Of a DNA stretch of 64,000 nucleotides, positions 18,166 to 29,769 are shown piece by piece. The position numbers and the translations under genes are program-made. The notes under the pieces are model-generated. The model had not been told where the DNA came from. It did not search any database and worked only from the letters and a program-made list of their open reading frames with translations. Origin of the DNA: Waterburya sp. (lineage in GTDB: Bacteria > Cyanobacteriota > Cyanobacteriia > Cyanobacteriales > Xenococcaceae); contig CBDCJV010000002.1 in the NCBI GenBank assembly GCA_965217895.1, positions 3,008,001-3,072,000 of the forward strand, read 5' to 3'. Each line of letters opens with the position of its first letter. The first letter of the stretch is position 1.

Positions 18166-18945
18166 TTAAACGATAGTCGGACACAGACTATAATCCCAAT
18201 TCCAGCAATCAATTTGTTGCTGATTGATTTTGGTTTTAATCGCTATGGCTGCAACATAATCAACTACGGGTAGATAAGAATACATTGACCAATTTGCTGT
18301 TGCTTGCTTATCTCCCTGAATGGCTTGTAAGCAAGGATATCCAGTCTGGTCAAGACATATATCTACATCAGCCAATGAGCCTGTTAAACCCATACCAGTC
18401 GCTTTTAAATAAGCCTCTTTAGCAGTCCACAACTGAAAAAATGCTTTATGTTGTTGTTGACCGCTTAAACTGGCGATTAATTGAGATTCTTGAGTAGAAA
18501 AAAAACGCTGGGCAATTTTGGCGACATCTTCCATTGACCGCAGATATTCTAGATCTATTCCCAGAGGATAATCGTAAGTAAAGCCATACAGAGCATATTC
18601 GTGAGAATGGGAGATATTAAACTGTAGTGAACTATTAGAAAATGGTGCTGCTAGGCTTGGTTTACCGCGATCGCCATACCCAAATTTTACGGTAACAGGG
18701 CTTGTTTGCAGATAATTTGCTAATAAATGTCTTAATATGCCTCTGGCTACAGTAAAGCGTCTTTTGTGTTGAGGAAATCGAAATTTGTTTGCTCTTGCTA
18801 CTTCATCCTTGGATAGAAAAGTTGCTAACTGTTCAACTACTGTTGACGGTAAATCTAAATTAGCACGCCATAAATGAAGGCGATCGCAGTTTAATGGAGG
18901 ATGATACGGTGGATTTTTCCAGATCTGACTGTTGTTCTGGCTCAT
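18166..18945 (-). CDS. 4'-phosphopantetheinyl transferase (Sfp/HetI type)
   Basis: FNISHS, GIDLE and WTAKEAYLKATG motifs; start uncertain (18945 or 18987). Confidence 0.92.
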   Translation of the reverse strand: MSQNNSQIWKNPPYHPPLNCDRLHLWRANLDLPSTVVEQLATFLSKDEVARANKFRFPQHKRRFTVARGILRHLLANYLQTSPVTVKFGYGDRGKPSLAAPFSNSSLQFNISHSHEYALYGFTYDYPLGIDLEYLRSMEDVAKIAQRFFSTQESQLIASLSGQQQHKAFFQLWTAKEAYLKATGMGLTGSLADVDICLDQTGYPCLQAIQGDKQATANWSMYSYLPVVDYVAAIAIKTKINQQQIDCWNWDYSLCPTIV

Positions 18946-19019
18946 TCTTAGAAGATAAAGCAGAGTAAAGGCGATCGCATAGCTCAATGGCTAAAGACTT
19001 TATTTTAGGTGAGATCTAT

Positions 19020-20012
19020 CTACGTTCGCAAAGTGAACACAAGACAGAGTTCAATTATCTTCGTTTGCAGCATTGGCATTGCTTCGGCACCTTGTTTAAG
19101 ACTATATTCAAGTTCTAGCAGTAAGGGCAATATTGCTAAAAGTTGCTGGGTGCTTACACTGCTAATTTCTTGATTGATAAAGTAAAGACGATTAGGATTA
19201 TTGATACCCGCAGCAGTTGCAATTACTTTATTATCTTTTTCCCCCGTTGACTGCATTAGCTTAACTATTGTCCAGATGCGAAACTGCCCAACTAAAGTGG
19301 CGACTATTTTTAAGGCTGGTTCGTTGCGGTTGATTAAATCAGTTACCAGTCCCAAAGAGCGATCAATATCCCCGTCTTTAATGGCTGCTGCTAACTTGAG
19401 ACTGTTTTGAGTATTGCAGAGAACTAAAGCCGATACGGTGTTTTCATCTAAAACTCGATCGCTATCCCCTTGATAAATTTTTAATTTTTCTAATTCATTC
19501 CATAATTGTCTAGTGTCGTTGCCGACGGATTCTGCTAAGGTTGCGATCGCTTTATTCGTCAATTTAAGCTTTTTTTCCTGAGCAACTTCTCTAACTTGAG
19601 CAGCAATAAGATCGCTTTTCCAAGGAGGAATTAAGCTAAATTCTTTTACTTGAGCAATTTTTTGAATTAGCTTAGTTGAGGCTAATCTTTTATCCAGTTT
19701 TTTATTAGTAGTTAATAGTAAATGAGCAGTTTTCGGAATTACTTCTAGGGTGCGTTTTAATTCAGATAAAATCTCTTCAGTCGGTTTTTGATGGCAAAGA
19801 TTGGTATCTGCTAGCCAAACCAAACGTTCTCCCATACCAAATACTGGGGTCATCGCTTGATTTAAACCTTCAATAATTGCTTGGGGACTGTCTGCTGCAA
19901 TTTTATGGTAGTTAAATTGAAGCCAAGCAGGGTTAAGGACTTTATCCTGTAATTTTTTAACTGAATTGGCGATCGCAAAATCATTTTCTCCCCAATATAA
20001 ATATACAGGCAT
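19020..20012 (-). CDS. holA: DNA polymerase III subunit delta
   Basis: MPVYLYWGE.DF, TPVFGMGERLV and L.NELEKL. Confidence 0.92.
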   Translation of the reverse strand: MPVYLYWGENDFAIANSVKKLQDKVLNPAWLQFNYHKIAADSPQAIIEGLNQAMTPVFGMGERLVWLADTNLCHQKPTEEILSELKRTLEVIPKTAHLLLTTNKKLDKRLASTKLIQKIAQVKEFSLIPPWKSDLIAAQVREVAQEKKLKLTNKAIATLAESVGNDTRQLWNELEKLKIYQGDSDRVLDENTVSALVLCNTQNSLKLAAAIKDGDIDRSLGLVTDLINRNEPALKIVATLVGQFRIWTIVKLMQSTGEKDNKVIATAAGINNPNRLYFINQEISSVSTQQLLAILPLLLELEYSLKQGAEAMPMLQTKIIELCLVFTLRT

Positions 20013-20129
20013 ATCAGTTTTGTTTTCTTCTCTTTATGTAAAGATACGGCTATTTTTTATTAATAAATATACTCTCAGTATAATCTCGGAGTTATATTTA
20101 TTTTAGAGAAATAATTAAAGGTTTTTACA

Positions 20130-20285
20130 ATGCAAGAATTTAGTAAAATTGGGATTGATTTATTATTTTGTTTGCTCATTGGCTTTTTAATTATTAGAGC
20201 ATCTAATTCTTCTAAGCAAAATGAAGAATCAAATCATAGCTTAAGTTTAGAATCTGTAAAAATCAGTGTCGAAAGCTGGCAGTAA
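20130..20285 (+). CDS. Putative 51-aa single-TM small protein
   Basis: MQEFSKIGIDLLFCLLIGFLIIRASNSSKQNEES...SWQ; AAAGG upstream; no family recognised. Confidence 0.5.
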   Translation: MQEFSKIGIDLLFCLLIGFLIIRASNSSKQNEESNHSLSLESVKISVESWQ

Positions 20286-20572
20286 AACAAGGATAGGTAT
20301 ATTCTTGATAAACCTCCACTACATCTGTTTCTGCTGAATGCTAATCAACTATACCTAAAATAAAAATGTTGAGCAGGCTGTCTATAATTCTTGAAAACCT
20401 TTGGAGTGTGAAGCTTCTGGTCAACCGCGGTCAATTATGGGTAGATATCCCTAAACTCAGTGTAACTAGGCAAATGGTAGAATTATTAAATATAGCTATC
20501 TAACTGGGCAATCAAGACTTAGAAAACAAATATTAGACAGATAGAAATACGGATTATTCATAAAAAAATACT

Positions 20573-23431
20573 ATGTTCAAGAAACTGCTAGGCGATCCCA
20601 ACGCACGTAAACTAAAGAAATTTCAACCGTTGGTGGCAGAAGTCAACCTCATTGAAGAGGATATTAAGGATTTATCTGACGAAGAGTTAAGAGCTAAAAC
20701 AGCAGAATTTCGCCAGCAAATCTATAAAGCTACGAACGACGAAGAAATTAAAGATATTCTTGACGATATTCTGCCCGAGGCTTTTGCTGTAGTCAGAGAA
20801 GCAGCAATTCGTGTTTTGGGAATGCGCCACTACGATGTGCAGATACTTGGAGGCATAGTATTACATAAAGGGCAAATTGCCGAAATGAAAACTGGGGAAG
20901 GTAAAACCCTAGTATGTACTCTGCCTGCATATCTCAATGGTTTGACAGGCAAAGGAGTTCACGTGGTTACGGTCAACGATTACCTAGCCCGCAGAGACGC
21001 AGAATGGATGGGGCAGGTTCACCGTTTTCTCGGCTTAAGCGTCGGCTTAATTCAGGCAGGAATGAGTCCAGCAGAAAGAAGAAAAAACTATGCCTGTGAT
21101 ATTACTTATACCACGAACAGTGAGTTGGGCTTTGATTATCTACGGGATAATATGGCTGTCTCGATGGAAGAAGTTGTCCAGCGTCCTTTCAACTACTGTG
21201 TAATTGACGAGGTAGATTCTGTGCTGGTTGACGAAGCCAGAACACCTTTAATCATCTCAGGACAGGTAGAACGCCCGACAGAAAAGTATCTTCAGGCTTC
21301 CCAGGTGGCAGCGCAACTAGTCAAGCAAATAGAAAATTACGACGAAGAGGTCAATGGTGATGAAGGTATTGGTGATTACGAGGTAGACGAAAAAGCCCGT
21401 AATATTCTCATGACCGACGAAGGTTTTGCCCATGCTGAAGAAATTATCGGCGTAACAGATTTATACGACCCTGATAACCCTTGGGCGCACTACGTCTCCA
21501 ATGCTGTTAAAGCCAAAGAACTCTTTACTAAAGACGTTCACTATTTAGTGCGCAATGACGAGATTGTCATTGTCGATGAGTTTACTGGACGTGTATTAGC
21601 AGGAAGACGCTGGAGTGACGGCTTGCATCAAGCAATTGAAGCAAAAGAAGGTGTGCAAATCCAAAAAGAAACACAAACCTTAGCTAGCATTACTTATCAA
21701 AACTTTTTCTTGCTTTATCCCACCCTGGCAGGGATGACGGGGACAGCAAAAACTGAGGAAACTGAGTTTGAGAAAGTTTACAATCTTCAGGTAACAATCA
21801 TTCCTACTAACTTACCTTCAAGAAGAGCCGACCTTTCTGATGTAGTTTTTAAAAAAGAGCTTGGCAAGTGGCAGGCTGTAGCCGAAGACTGCGCTAATAT
21901 GCACTCTTTAGGTCGTCCTGTTTTAGTTGGTACTACTAGCGTTGAAAAATCAGAAACAATTTCTCAATTGCTACAGCAAAAGGGTATTGAACATAATTTG
22001 CTCAATGCCAAACCTGAAAACGTCGAGAGAGAATCAGAAATCGTTGCCCAAGCTGGTCGGAAAACTGCCGTAACCATCGCCACCAATATGGCTGGTAGAG
22101 GAACAGACATTATCTTAGGTGGTAACGCTGACTACATGGCAAGGCTGAAAGTTAGAGAATATTTAATGCCTAAAATAGTTGCCCCTGAAGATGATGATTT
22201 TATGGCATCAGTCCCTGGGATAAATATGGGCAAAAATGGTGCGAAAGGTTTTGCTGCTAACAACAATGGCAAGAAAGTAAAAACCTGGAAAGCATCTCCA
22301 CAAATTTTTCCTACAGAACTATCAGCAGAAGCAGAAAAGATGCTTAAGGAAACGGTTAAGTTTGCCGTGCAGCAATATGGCGAACAAAGCTTACCTGAGC
22401 TTGAAGTAGAAGAGAAAATTGCTGTGGCAGCAGAAAATGCTCCTGTAGATGACCCTGTGCTACAAAAACTAAGAGAAGTCTACCAAGTTATTCGTAAAGA
22501 GTACGACAAGTTTACCGATGCAGAGCATGGAGAGGTAATTGCTAACGGTGGACTGCACGTAATTGGTACAGAACGCCATGATTCTCGTCGGGTAGATAAT
22601 CAGTTACGAGGCAGGGCAGGAAGACAGGGTGACCCTGGTTCAACCAGATTCTTCCTTAGTTTAGATGATAACCTGTTGCGGATCTTTGGTGGCGATCGCG
22701 TTGAAAAACTGATGAATATGATGCGCGTTGAAGACGATATGCCCATTGAGTCTAAAATGCTGACCAACTCCTTAGAAGGAGCGCAAAAGAAAGTAGAAAC
22801 TTTCTATTATGATACCCGCAAGCAGGTCTTTGAATATGATGAGGTGATGAACAATCAGCGTCGTGCTATTTACGCCGAACGCCGTCGCGTCTTAGAAGGT
22901 TTAGATCTCAAGGAACAAGTTATTCAATATGCCGAGAAAACCATGGGAGAAATTGTCGATGCCTATGTTAACCCCGAATTACCTCCTGAAGAATGGAAGC
23001 TGGATAAGATGGTGGATAAAGCCAAAGAGTTTATCTATCTCCTCGAAGATGTCGAACCTGCTCATATAGAAGACATGACCGTTAATGAAATGAAAAATTT
23101 CTTGTGTGAAGAGGTTCGTAAAGCCTATGACATTAAAGAGCATCAAATAGACAGTATGCAGCCAGGGTTAATGCGCCAAGCAGAAAGATTTTTTATTCTG
23201 CAACAGATTGATACTCTATGGCGCGAACACTTACAGGCGATGGATGCTCTGCGAGAATCTATTGGTTTACGAGGTTATGGACAAAAAGATCCGCTGATTG
23301 AATACAAACAAGAGGGCTATGAAATGTTCTTAGAAATGATGATTGATATTCGCCGTAACGTTGTTTATTCTCTCTTCCAATTCCAACCTCAAACTCAGCC
23401 TCCTCAGCAAGCAGAAGTACAGGCAGTTTAA
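20573..23431 (+). CDS. secA: Preprotein translocase subunit SecA
   Basis: [38 protein letters not shown] and [11 protein letters not shown]. Confidence 0.99.
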   Translation: MFKKLLGDPNARKLKKFQPLVAEVNLIEEDIKDLSDEELRAKTAEFRQQIYKATNDEEIKDILDDILPEAFAVVREAAIRVLGMRHYDVQILGGIVLHKGQIAEMKTGEGKTLVCTLPAYLNGLTGKGVHVVTVNDYLARRDAEWMGQVHRFLGLSVGLIQAGMSPAERRKNYACDITYTTNSELGFDYLRDNMAVSMEEVVQRPFNYCVIDEVDSVLVDEARTPLIISGQVERPTEKYLQASQVAAQLVKQIENYDEEVNGDEGIGDYEVDEKARNILMTDEGFAHAEEIIGVTDLYDPDNPWAHYVSNAVKAKELFTKDVHYLVRNDEIVIVDEFTGRVLAGRRWSDGLHQAIEAKEGVQIQKETQTLASITYQNFFLLYPTLAGMTGTAKTEETEFEKVYNLQVTIIPTNLPSRRADLSDVVFKKELGKWQAVAEDCANMHSLGRPVLVGTTSVEKSETISQLLQQKGIEHNLLNAKPENVERESEIVAQAGRKTAVTIATNMAGRGTDIILGGNADYMARLKVREYLMPKIVAPEDDDFMASVPGINMGKNGAKGFAANNNGKKVKTWKASPQIFPTELSAEAEKMLKETVKFAVQQYGEQSLPELEVEEKIAVAAENAPVDDPVLQKLREVYQVIRKEYDKFTDAEHGEVIANGGLHVIGTERHDSRRVDNQLRGRAGRQGDPGSTRFFLSLDDNLLRIFGGDRVEKLMNMMRVEDDMPIESKMLTNSLEGAQKKVETFYYDTRKQVFEYDEVMNNQRRAIYAERRRVLEGLDLKEQVIQYAEKTMGEIVDAYVNPELPPEEWKLDKMVDKAKEFIYLLEDVEPAHIEDMTVNEMKNFLCEEVRKAYDIKEHQIDSMQPGLMRQAERFFILQQIDTLWREHLQAMDALRESIGLRGYGQKDPLIEYKQEGYEMFLEMMIDIRRNVVYSLFQFQPQTQPPQQAEVQAV

Positions 23432-23445
23432 GAAAGTCTTTACTG

Positions 23446-23480
23446 AAAAGCCAGCAATAATTGCTGGCTTTTTAATTTTT
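23446..23480 (+). terminator. Intrinsic terminator of secA
   Basis: AAAAGCCAGCAAT / ATTGCTGGCTTTT stem plus T tract. Confidence 0.8.
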
Positions 23481-23691
23481 ACTATGATATATATCTTAAT
23501 AAATCGTATTAAAAATAATAACTCTTTGAGTATAAATAAAACGGAAATAATAACCTGCTTTAGCTACTTCAACTATTAGTCTTAAAGCAAAAAAGAGACT
23601 GCAAAACGCTAGTCTCCTTTTTACTTTAGTAAGATGTTAAAATACATTTTACTTATTTAAATATGGAATTTTTATTTTCAAGATTTGGCTA

Positions 23692-24018
23692 TTAACGAGT
23701 TGCTGTGGTTGCAGCAGCTTTACTATTATCCCATTCCTGAAGTTCAATAGATTGCAAGCTAGGAAAGAGGAAATGATTCTCTTCTACATATTGCGCTCCA
23801 AACAATCCTTTTTCAGCCCAGAAGTATCTATCTGTAGTGTGTTCGTTTCTCTTAACCACCAAGACTGCTGGAGGTTGAATACCCATATTGGCTATATGAT
23901 TGCGAGCTGCGGTTACTGGTTTCTCTTCGCCACTTTCGATATGATACTGAGAGACTAATTCTAATATTTTGCGACCTTCTTGACGACGACGGCTTTTACG
24001 TTTGCGTTTCCTTGCCAA
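23692..24018 (-). CDS. DUF3155 family conserved cyanobacterial protein
   Basis: ARKRKRKSRRRQEGR, KPVTAAR, RNEHTTDRYFWAEKGLFGAQY; TTG start with GGAGG upstream. Confidence 0.85.
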   Translation of the reverse strand: MARKRKRKSRRRQEGRKILELVSQYHIESGEEKPVTAARNHIANMGIQPPAVLVVKRNEHTTDRYFWAEKGLFGAQYVEENHFLFPSLQSIELQEWDNSKAAATTATR

Positions 24019-24260
24019 CCCTTTTACCTCCTAATATTCACTAAGGGAATACTGTGTCATTAGTTACTTATTATGAGCCAATTGTATCGTAATGAACAAT
24101 AAAAATCAACTACCCAGAGGAGATATTATCGAAAAGATATTTAGATAAAAATACTAAACAAAAAATGTCTGGTTTGATAATTTATGATGGAAAAAGATAA
24201 AGCTGTAAAACTAAAATTAGATATACACAGCTTAGGCTGACGGCAATTGTTTTTTGGCTA

Positions 24261-25622
24261 ATGTCTAGATTTACCGCAATCTCTGTCTTGGGAGCATTAA
24301 TGTCAGACAACTATTTTTCCAGTACTGAATTTACCGCTTTGTGTCAGTCTCAGATAACAATACTGTCTAAAAGTTTGGGAGCGGTATGGAGCGTGATTTA
24401 TTTAACAGAGGAAATGAGCGAAGATGGACAGGCGCAGTTGTTTCCTTTGGCAGTTTATCCTCAAGGTAAAAATAAAAAAGCTTTAGAACTTCCTCCTGTT
24501 AAATTATCTGAGTTTTGGCAACAGTTACAGTCTAATTCAGTTGCTCAGTTACTACCTGCTAATTTGACCAACAAAAATACTAAAAATCAATCAGCACCTA
24601 ATCTAAAATCTGGCTCAGAAGAGAGAAAACAGTTAATAGTACCTTTGATTCATCAAGATACTTTTTTTGGTTTGCTAGTAACTGGAAGAGAGGATCGAGA
24701 ATGGCAATCAACAGAGTTAAGGCAGATCGAAGAAATTACGCGAACTATTGCGATCGCTCGTTTTTTAGAGCTTCAATATCACTGGACTAAAGAAGAATTG
24801 ACCGCTCAAAAAAATCGGCAACGTCTTGAGCGCGATCGCCAAGACGATCTGTTACATCAGCTACGTAACCCTTTAACTGCACTGCGGACATTTGGCAAAT
24901 TATTGATTAAACGCTTGCTGCCAGGCGATAGCAATCGTTTAATTGCTCAGAGCATCCTAGAACAAAGCGATCGTTTTCAACAGCTTCTAGAACAGTTTGA
25001 AACCGAGTCAAACGCTATAGATTCAATTAATTACGAAGATTTTGAGCGGAGCAAGATCCCTGTCTTAGAAGCTAGTGATTTTACGGTAGCACAAAGCAAC
25101 TTTTTGTTACCAAGCTCTGATAAAGAATTAGATTCTCTAGATTTGCAGCAAATTCTCGAACCTCTCTTGAATACAGCCAAGGCGATTGCTACAGACAGAA
25201 ATATTAAATTAACTACTAACATTCCCTCAATTATCCCCAAGGTAAGAGCAGATATTTCAGCTTTGAGAGAAATTTTTAATAACTTAATTGACAATGCTTT
25301 AAAGTACACTCCTGCTGGAGGAAAAGTGCAGCTCGATTTAGAAACAAAGCAGTTGGCAACTGAGCCAAAAATGTTGGGTATAGCAATTAGTGATACTGGT
25401 TATGGTATTCCCACAGCCGATCGAGAGCATATTTTTGAGCGACACTATCGGGGAATACAGGCACAAAGCGATATTCCTGGCACTGGTTTAGGACTGGCGA
25501 TCGCTCATGAACTGATTGTCAAGATGCAGGGAAAAATTGAATTAATCAGCCCTAACAATTTGTCAAAAGATAGTCCTGGTACTACCTTTATTGTGTGGAT
25601 ACCTGTTTTCATTGAGCATTGA
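24261..25622 (+). CDS. GAF-domain sensor histidine kinase
   Basis: LLHQLRNPLT H-box, NLIDNALKYT, DTGYGI, GTGLGL. Confidence 0.92.
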   Translation: MSRFTAISVLGALMSDNYFSSTEFTALCQSQITILSKSLGAVWSVIYLTEEMSEDGQAQLFPLAVYPQGKNKKALELPPVKLSEFWQQLQSNSVAQLLPANLTNKNTKNQSAPNLKSGSEERKQLIVPLIHQDTFFGLLVTGREDREWQSTELRQIEEITRTIAIARFLELQYHWTKEELTAQKNRQRLERDRQDDLLHQLRNPLTALRTFGKLLIKRLLPGDSNRLIAQSILEQSDRFQQLLEQFETESNAIDSINYEDFERSKIPVLEASDFTVAQSNFLLPSSDKELDSLDLQQILEPLLNTAKAIATDRNIKLTTNIPSIIPKVRADISALREIFNNLIDNALKYTPAGGKVQLDLETKQLATEPKMLGIAISDTGYGIPTADREHIFERHYRGIQAQSDIPGTGLGLAIAHELIVKMQGKIELISPNNLSKDSPGTTFIVWIPVFIEH

Positions 25623-25688
25623 ACATTGAACATTGAGCATTGACCAACAATAGATGTTAAATGTTAACTGATAAATGTTTAATGTTAA
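25610..25688. repeat. Inverted heptamer arrays (CATTGAR)x5 and (ATGTTAA-like)x5 forming an intergenic hairpin
   Basis: Directly visible; similar arrangement at 48365-48432 on the minus strand. Confidence 0.85.
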
Positions 25689-25691
25689 CCG

Positions 25692-26717
25692 ATGCGGAAA
25701 TTATATTTTTTATTACCAGGGACAACGGGAAAGTTTAATGGAGGCGGATTATGGGCAGAATTAAAAACCTGTGCTTTGGCAAAGCAAATATGTGCTGCTG
25801 AAGTAGTTACCTATCGACAACGAGAAAAAGATTGCGCTTTTTTGGCTGATATTTTGCCAATGACTGATGCACAATCTTCGATTTTTATTGTTGGCTGGGG
25901 TTTTGATGTTCCTAAGCTAATTGCTAAACTTCAGGGGCAAAAGCAAAATATTGTCTATCACGCTCATAGTGCAGGCTATGGTTTCGATCTACCGCCAGAA
26001 ATTCCCATTATTACCGTTAGTCGCAACACGATGGGTTATTGGGGTCAAAAAGCTGCAAACGGCTTGATTTATTATCTTCCTAATCAAATTAGTGATGAAT
26101 TTTATAATGCAAATCAACCACGAGACATTGAGATAGTAGTGCAGACGCGCAAGTCTTCACAATACCTGCTGCAACAATTGATTCCTGCTTTAAAAAACCG
26201 TTATCGGGTTGAAGTTATTGACAGTTATGTAGAAGATTTAGCCCGACTGTTTAATCGTAGCCAAGTTTATCTCTATGACTCTGCTGAATACTGGGCAACA
26301 AATGGTGTAACTGAAGGATTTGGTTTACCACCATTAGAAGCTTTAGCCTGTGGCTGCACAGTTTTTTCTAGCGTTAATCACGGACTATCAGATTTTTTAG
26401 ATCCTGGATTTAACTGTCATAAGATTGCGGGATATAGCCTGGAATATGACCTACAGCGAATTGCTAAAGCGTTGGGTCAACCGCCAAATTTTAAGTTAAT
26501 CGATTCACTGTTGGCAGAATATCGTCAAGAGAATTTATTGGCTAGATTTAAAGTAATTCTGGCTGAGATTAATGATTTTTTTGAGATGCGATCGCCTTTG
26601 TTATCTGGAGAATGTCAGCTTGCAAACACCATTAATAGCTTGAATACCAAACGTATCAACAGGTTAAAAATACAGAGAATCTTAGCTAAGCTGCAGCAAA
26701 AGCTGACCAGAAAATAG
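25692..26717 (+). CDS. Glycosyltransferase (GT-B, family 4-like)
   Basis: EGFGLPPLEALACG motif. Confidence 0.85.
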   Translation: MRKLYFLLPGTTGKFNGGGLWAELKTCALAKQICAAEVVTYRQREKDCAFLADILPMTDAQSSIFIVGWGFDVPKLIAKLQGQKQNIVYHAHSAGYGFDLPPEIPIITVSRNTMGYWGQKAANGLIYYLPNQISDEFYNANQPRDIEIVVQTRKSSQYLLQQLIPALKNRYRVEVIDSYVEDLARLFNRSQVYLYDSAEYWATNGVTEGFGLPPLEALACGCTVFSSVNHGLSDFLDPGFNCHKIAGYSLEYDLQRIAKALGQPPNFKLIDSLLAEYRQENLLARFKVILAEINDFFEMRSPLLSGECQLANTINSLNTKRINRLKIQRILAKLQQKLTRK

Positions 26718-26917
26718 ATTTAAAGAATTTTTGATGATAGGAAAGACTCTACGGTAGATGTAGCGGGGTCTTTAGTCCTACCAGAAAGTAGCAAAATGTG
26801 CTAGAATTTATTTATAAAATGCGACTATATTGGGCTTTATTGGCTATAAAAGAGAAGCAAGCAGAGTTTATCAGCCATTAATCCAAATTATTGCATATAT
26901 TTGGAGTTTTTCACAGT

Positions 26918-29473
26918 ATGACCACTTCCCAGGAACGGATTATCCCCACTGATCTGAGTAACGAAATGTCTCGCTCCTATTTGGAGTACGCCATGAGCGT
27001 AATTGTCGGCAGGGCATTGCCAGACGCTAGGGATGGTCTTAAACCAGTTCATCGTCGCATCCTCTATGCGATGTACGAATTAGGACTAACCCCAGACCGT
27101 CCGTTTCGTAAGTGCGCCCGTGTTGTGGGGGAAGTATTAGGTAAATATCATCCTCACGGTGATACCGCCGTTTATGATGCGTTGGTGAGGATGGCGCAGG
27201 ATTTCTCCATGAGAAACCCCTTAATTAACGGACATGGCAACTTTGGGTCAATAGATAACGATCCTCCCGCAGCCATGCGTTATACGGAGTGTCGCTTACA
27301 GGCATTGGCAACCGATTCACTACTGCGAGATATTGAAGCCGAAACCGTAGACTTTGCCGATAACTTTGATGGTTCACAGCAAGAACCTGTGGTGCTTCCC
27401 GCCAGAATTCCTCAGCTTTTGCTTAACGGTTCATCGGGTATTGCCGTAGGCATGGCAACTAATATTCCTCCTCATAATTTGGGAGAAGTGATCGAAGGTG
27501 CGATCGCCTTAATTCATAATCCCGAAATTAGCGATCTCGAATTGATGCAGTACATCCAAGGTCCTGATTTTCCTACAGGGGGGCAAATCATCGGCAGAGC
27601 AGGCATTAAAGAGGCATACACTACAGGTAGAGGCTCAATTACCATGCGCGGGGTAGCCGAGATCGAAACCCTACAGCAGCGTGGTAGAGCCGACAAAGAA
27701 GCAATTATTATTACCCAACTGCCCTACCAAACCAATAAAGCCGCTTTAATTGAAAAGATTGCTGATTTGGTTAACGATCAAAGAATAGAGGGGATTTCTG
27801 ATATCCGCGACGAGAGCGATCGCACGGGGATGCGAGTAGTGATTGAGCTTAAACGGGATGCCTATCCTCGTGTTGTGCTTAATAACCTTTATAAGCAAAC
27901 TGCGGTACAGGCTAACTTTGGGGCAAATATGTTGGCATTGGTCAATAACGATCCTCAGTTACTGACTATTCGTCGCTTTTTGCAGGTATTCTTAGAATTC
28001 CGTGTCGAAGCAATCACTAGAAGAACTCGCTACCAGCTTCGCAAAGCCGAAGAAAGAGATCATCTGTTACAGGGTTTATTGATTGCTTTAGACAATATTG
28101 ATGCCATCATTGGACTAATTAGAGGTGCAGCAGATACCGCCTCCGCTAAAGACGAGTTGATTCAAGGGTTTGGTTTATCTTCTACTCAAGCAGATGCCAT
28201 TTTACAAATGCAGTTGCGTCGTCTAACTGCCTTAGAAGCAGAAAAAATTCAGGCAGAACATGAAGACTTACAGACGCAAATTGCCGACCTAAACGATATT
28301 TTGGCGCGCAAAGAACGAATTGAAGAAATTATTGAGTCGGAACTAACCACAATCAAAAATGTTCATGCTACTCCTCGTAAAACTGAGATTGTTCAGGGAG
28401 AAGGGGAACTATTAGATAAAGACCTAATTGCCAATGAGCAGTCGGTGATTCTGCTAACTGAGCAAGGATATATCAAGCGGATGCCCGTAAGTACCTTTGA
28501 AGCTCAAAGCAGAGCAACCAGAGGTAAAGCTGCTGCCAAGATGAGGGAAAACGACGGCATAGAACACTTCATGACCTGTTGCGATCATGATAAAGTTCTG
28601 TTCTTTAGCGATCGCGGGGTGGTATATTCTTTCTATGCCTATCAAATTCCTGCTACCTCGCGCACGGCTAGGGGAATACCTTTGGTGCAGATGCTGCCCA
28701 TTTCCCAGGCAGAAAAAATCACCTCGCTGATTGCAGTAAGCGAGTTTACCGAAGACGAATATCTAATCATGCTCACCCGCAAGGGCAATATCAAAAAAAC
28801 TGCCCTCTCAGCTTTTGCTAATATTCGCTCTAATGGTTTAATCGCTATTTCCCTCCAGCCAGAAGACGAACTACGCTGGGTACGTTTAGCAACAGACGAA
28901 GACAGCGTGATCATTGGCACACGCCAAGGAAAAGCAATTCACTTCAAAACTAATAAACAGCAGTTACGTCCGTTAGGCAGATCCACCAAAGGGGTTAAAT
29001 CTATGAAGCTTAGGGGTAAAGATGAATTAATTAGCATGGATATTATTCCTGCACAGATCGTTGCCACTATAGCTGAGACAACAGATGAAGAAGATGAAGA
29101 CAACGGCGAAGAGCTGATCGTCAATGAAGAGACAGATCGAGGGCCTTGGTTACTAGCTATTACCAATAATGGCTATGGCAAAAGAGTTCCTATTGCTAAA
29201 TTCCGCCTGCAAAATCGTGCGGGTATGGGAGTAAGAGCGATTAAGTTTAAATCAAAAGATGATTGCTTAGTAGCAATTGATATTGTCAATCCAGACGATG
29301 AACTAATGATCGTTACCAATCGAGGTATCATGATTCGTCAGGGAGTAAAAGCAATATCTTTACAGTCTCGTAATGCTACTGGAGTTAGAGTCCAGAGACT
29401 AGATAAAGACGATGCGATCGCTGCTGTTGCTCCCGTACCACCTCTAGAAATAGATGAAGAGGAAGAAAGTTAA
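26918..29473 (+). CDS. gyrA: DNA gyrase subunit A
   Basis: [29 protein letters not shown]; GyrA-box-like QSRATRG and C-terminal beta-pinwheel repeats. Confidence 0.96.
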   Translation: MTTSQERIIPTDLSNEMSRSYLEYAMSVIVGRALPDARDGLKPVHRRILYAMYELGLTPDRPFRKCARVVGEVLGKYHPHGDTAVYDALVRMAQDFSMRNPLINGHGNFGSIDNDPPAAMRYTECRLQALATDSLLRDIEAETVDFADNFDGSQQEPVVLPARIPQLLLNGSSGIAVGMATNIPPHNLGEVIEGAIALIHNPEISDLELMQYIQGPDFPTGGQIIGRAGIKEAYTTGRGSITMRGVAEIETLQQRGRADKEAIIITQLPYQTNKAALIEKIADLVNDQRIEGISDIRDESDRTGMRVVIELKRDAYPRVVLNNLYKQTAVQANFGANMLALVNNDPQLLTIRRFLQVFLEFRVEAITRRTRYQLRKAEERDHLLQGLLIALDNIDAIIGLIRGAADTASAKDELIQGFGLSSTQADAILQMQLRRLTALEAEKIQAEHEDLQTQIADLNDILARKERIEEIIESELTTIKNVHATPRKTEIVQGEGELLDKDLIANEQSVILLTEQGYIKRMPVSTFEAQSRATRGKAAAKMRENDGIEHFMTCCDHDKVLFFSDRGVVYSFYAYQIPATSRTARGIPLVQMLPISQAEKITSLIAVSEFTEDEYLIMLTRKGNIKKTALSAFANIRSNGLIAISLQPEDELRWVRLATDEDSVIIGTRQGKAIHFKTNKQQLRPLGRSTKGVKSMKLRGKDELISMDIIPAQIVATIAETTDEEDEDNGEELIVNEETDRGPWLLAITNNGYGKRVPIAKFRLQNRAGMGVRAIKFKSKDDCLVAIDIVNPDDELMIVTNRGIMIRQGVKAISLQSRNATGVRVQRLDKDDAIAAVAPVPPLEIDEEEES

Positions 29474-29489
29474 ATCTTGCTTCGCCCTC

Positions 29490-29521
29490 AGCTTTAAGCT
29501 TTGAACCTGAAGCTTAAAGCT
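29490..29521 (+). terminator. Hairpin after gyrA
   Basis: AGCTTTAAGCTT / AAGCTTAAAGCT 12-bp stem. Confidence 0.55.
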
Positions 29522-29594
29522 ATTTATTACAGATGAAGAACAAGTTCCTTTCCTGATTATTATTTATGTAACTCTAAAATTGAGGAGGCTAGAC

Positions 29595-29746
29595 TAAACT
29601 GAGTTCGGGATAAGCTAAAACCCCAGCCACTGAATTAATTACAAAATTCTTTTTTCTGAGAGGATTGTTTAATCTGGCTGTTTAGCAATATTCTCAAGGC
29701 TTATAGCTACCTTAGCATTTAATTGTCTTAACCCGAATCGAAGTTA
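29595..29746. mobile_element. MITE family C, reversed copy
   Basis: GAGTTCGGGATAAG...CTTAACCCGAA ends; internal similarity to 5853-5996. Confidence 0.7.
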
Positions 29747-29769
29747 AACTAGCTGCCATTTAAACAATT

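Noticed and set aside
23343..23579. 78-aa ORF overlapping the secA 3' end
   Set aside because: Crosses the secA terminator and is AT-rich low-complexity sequence.
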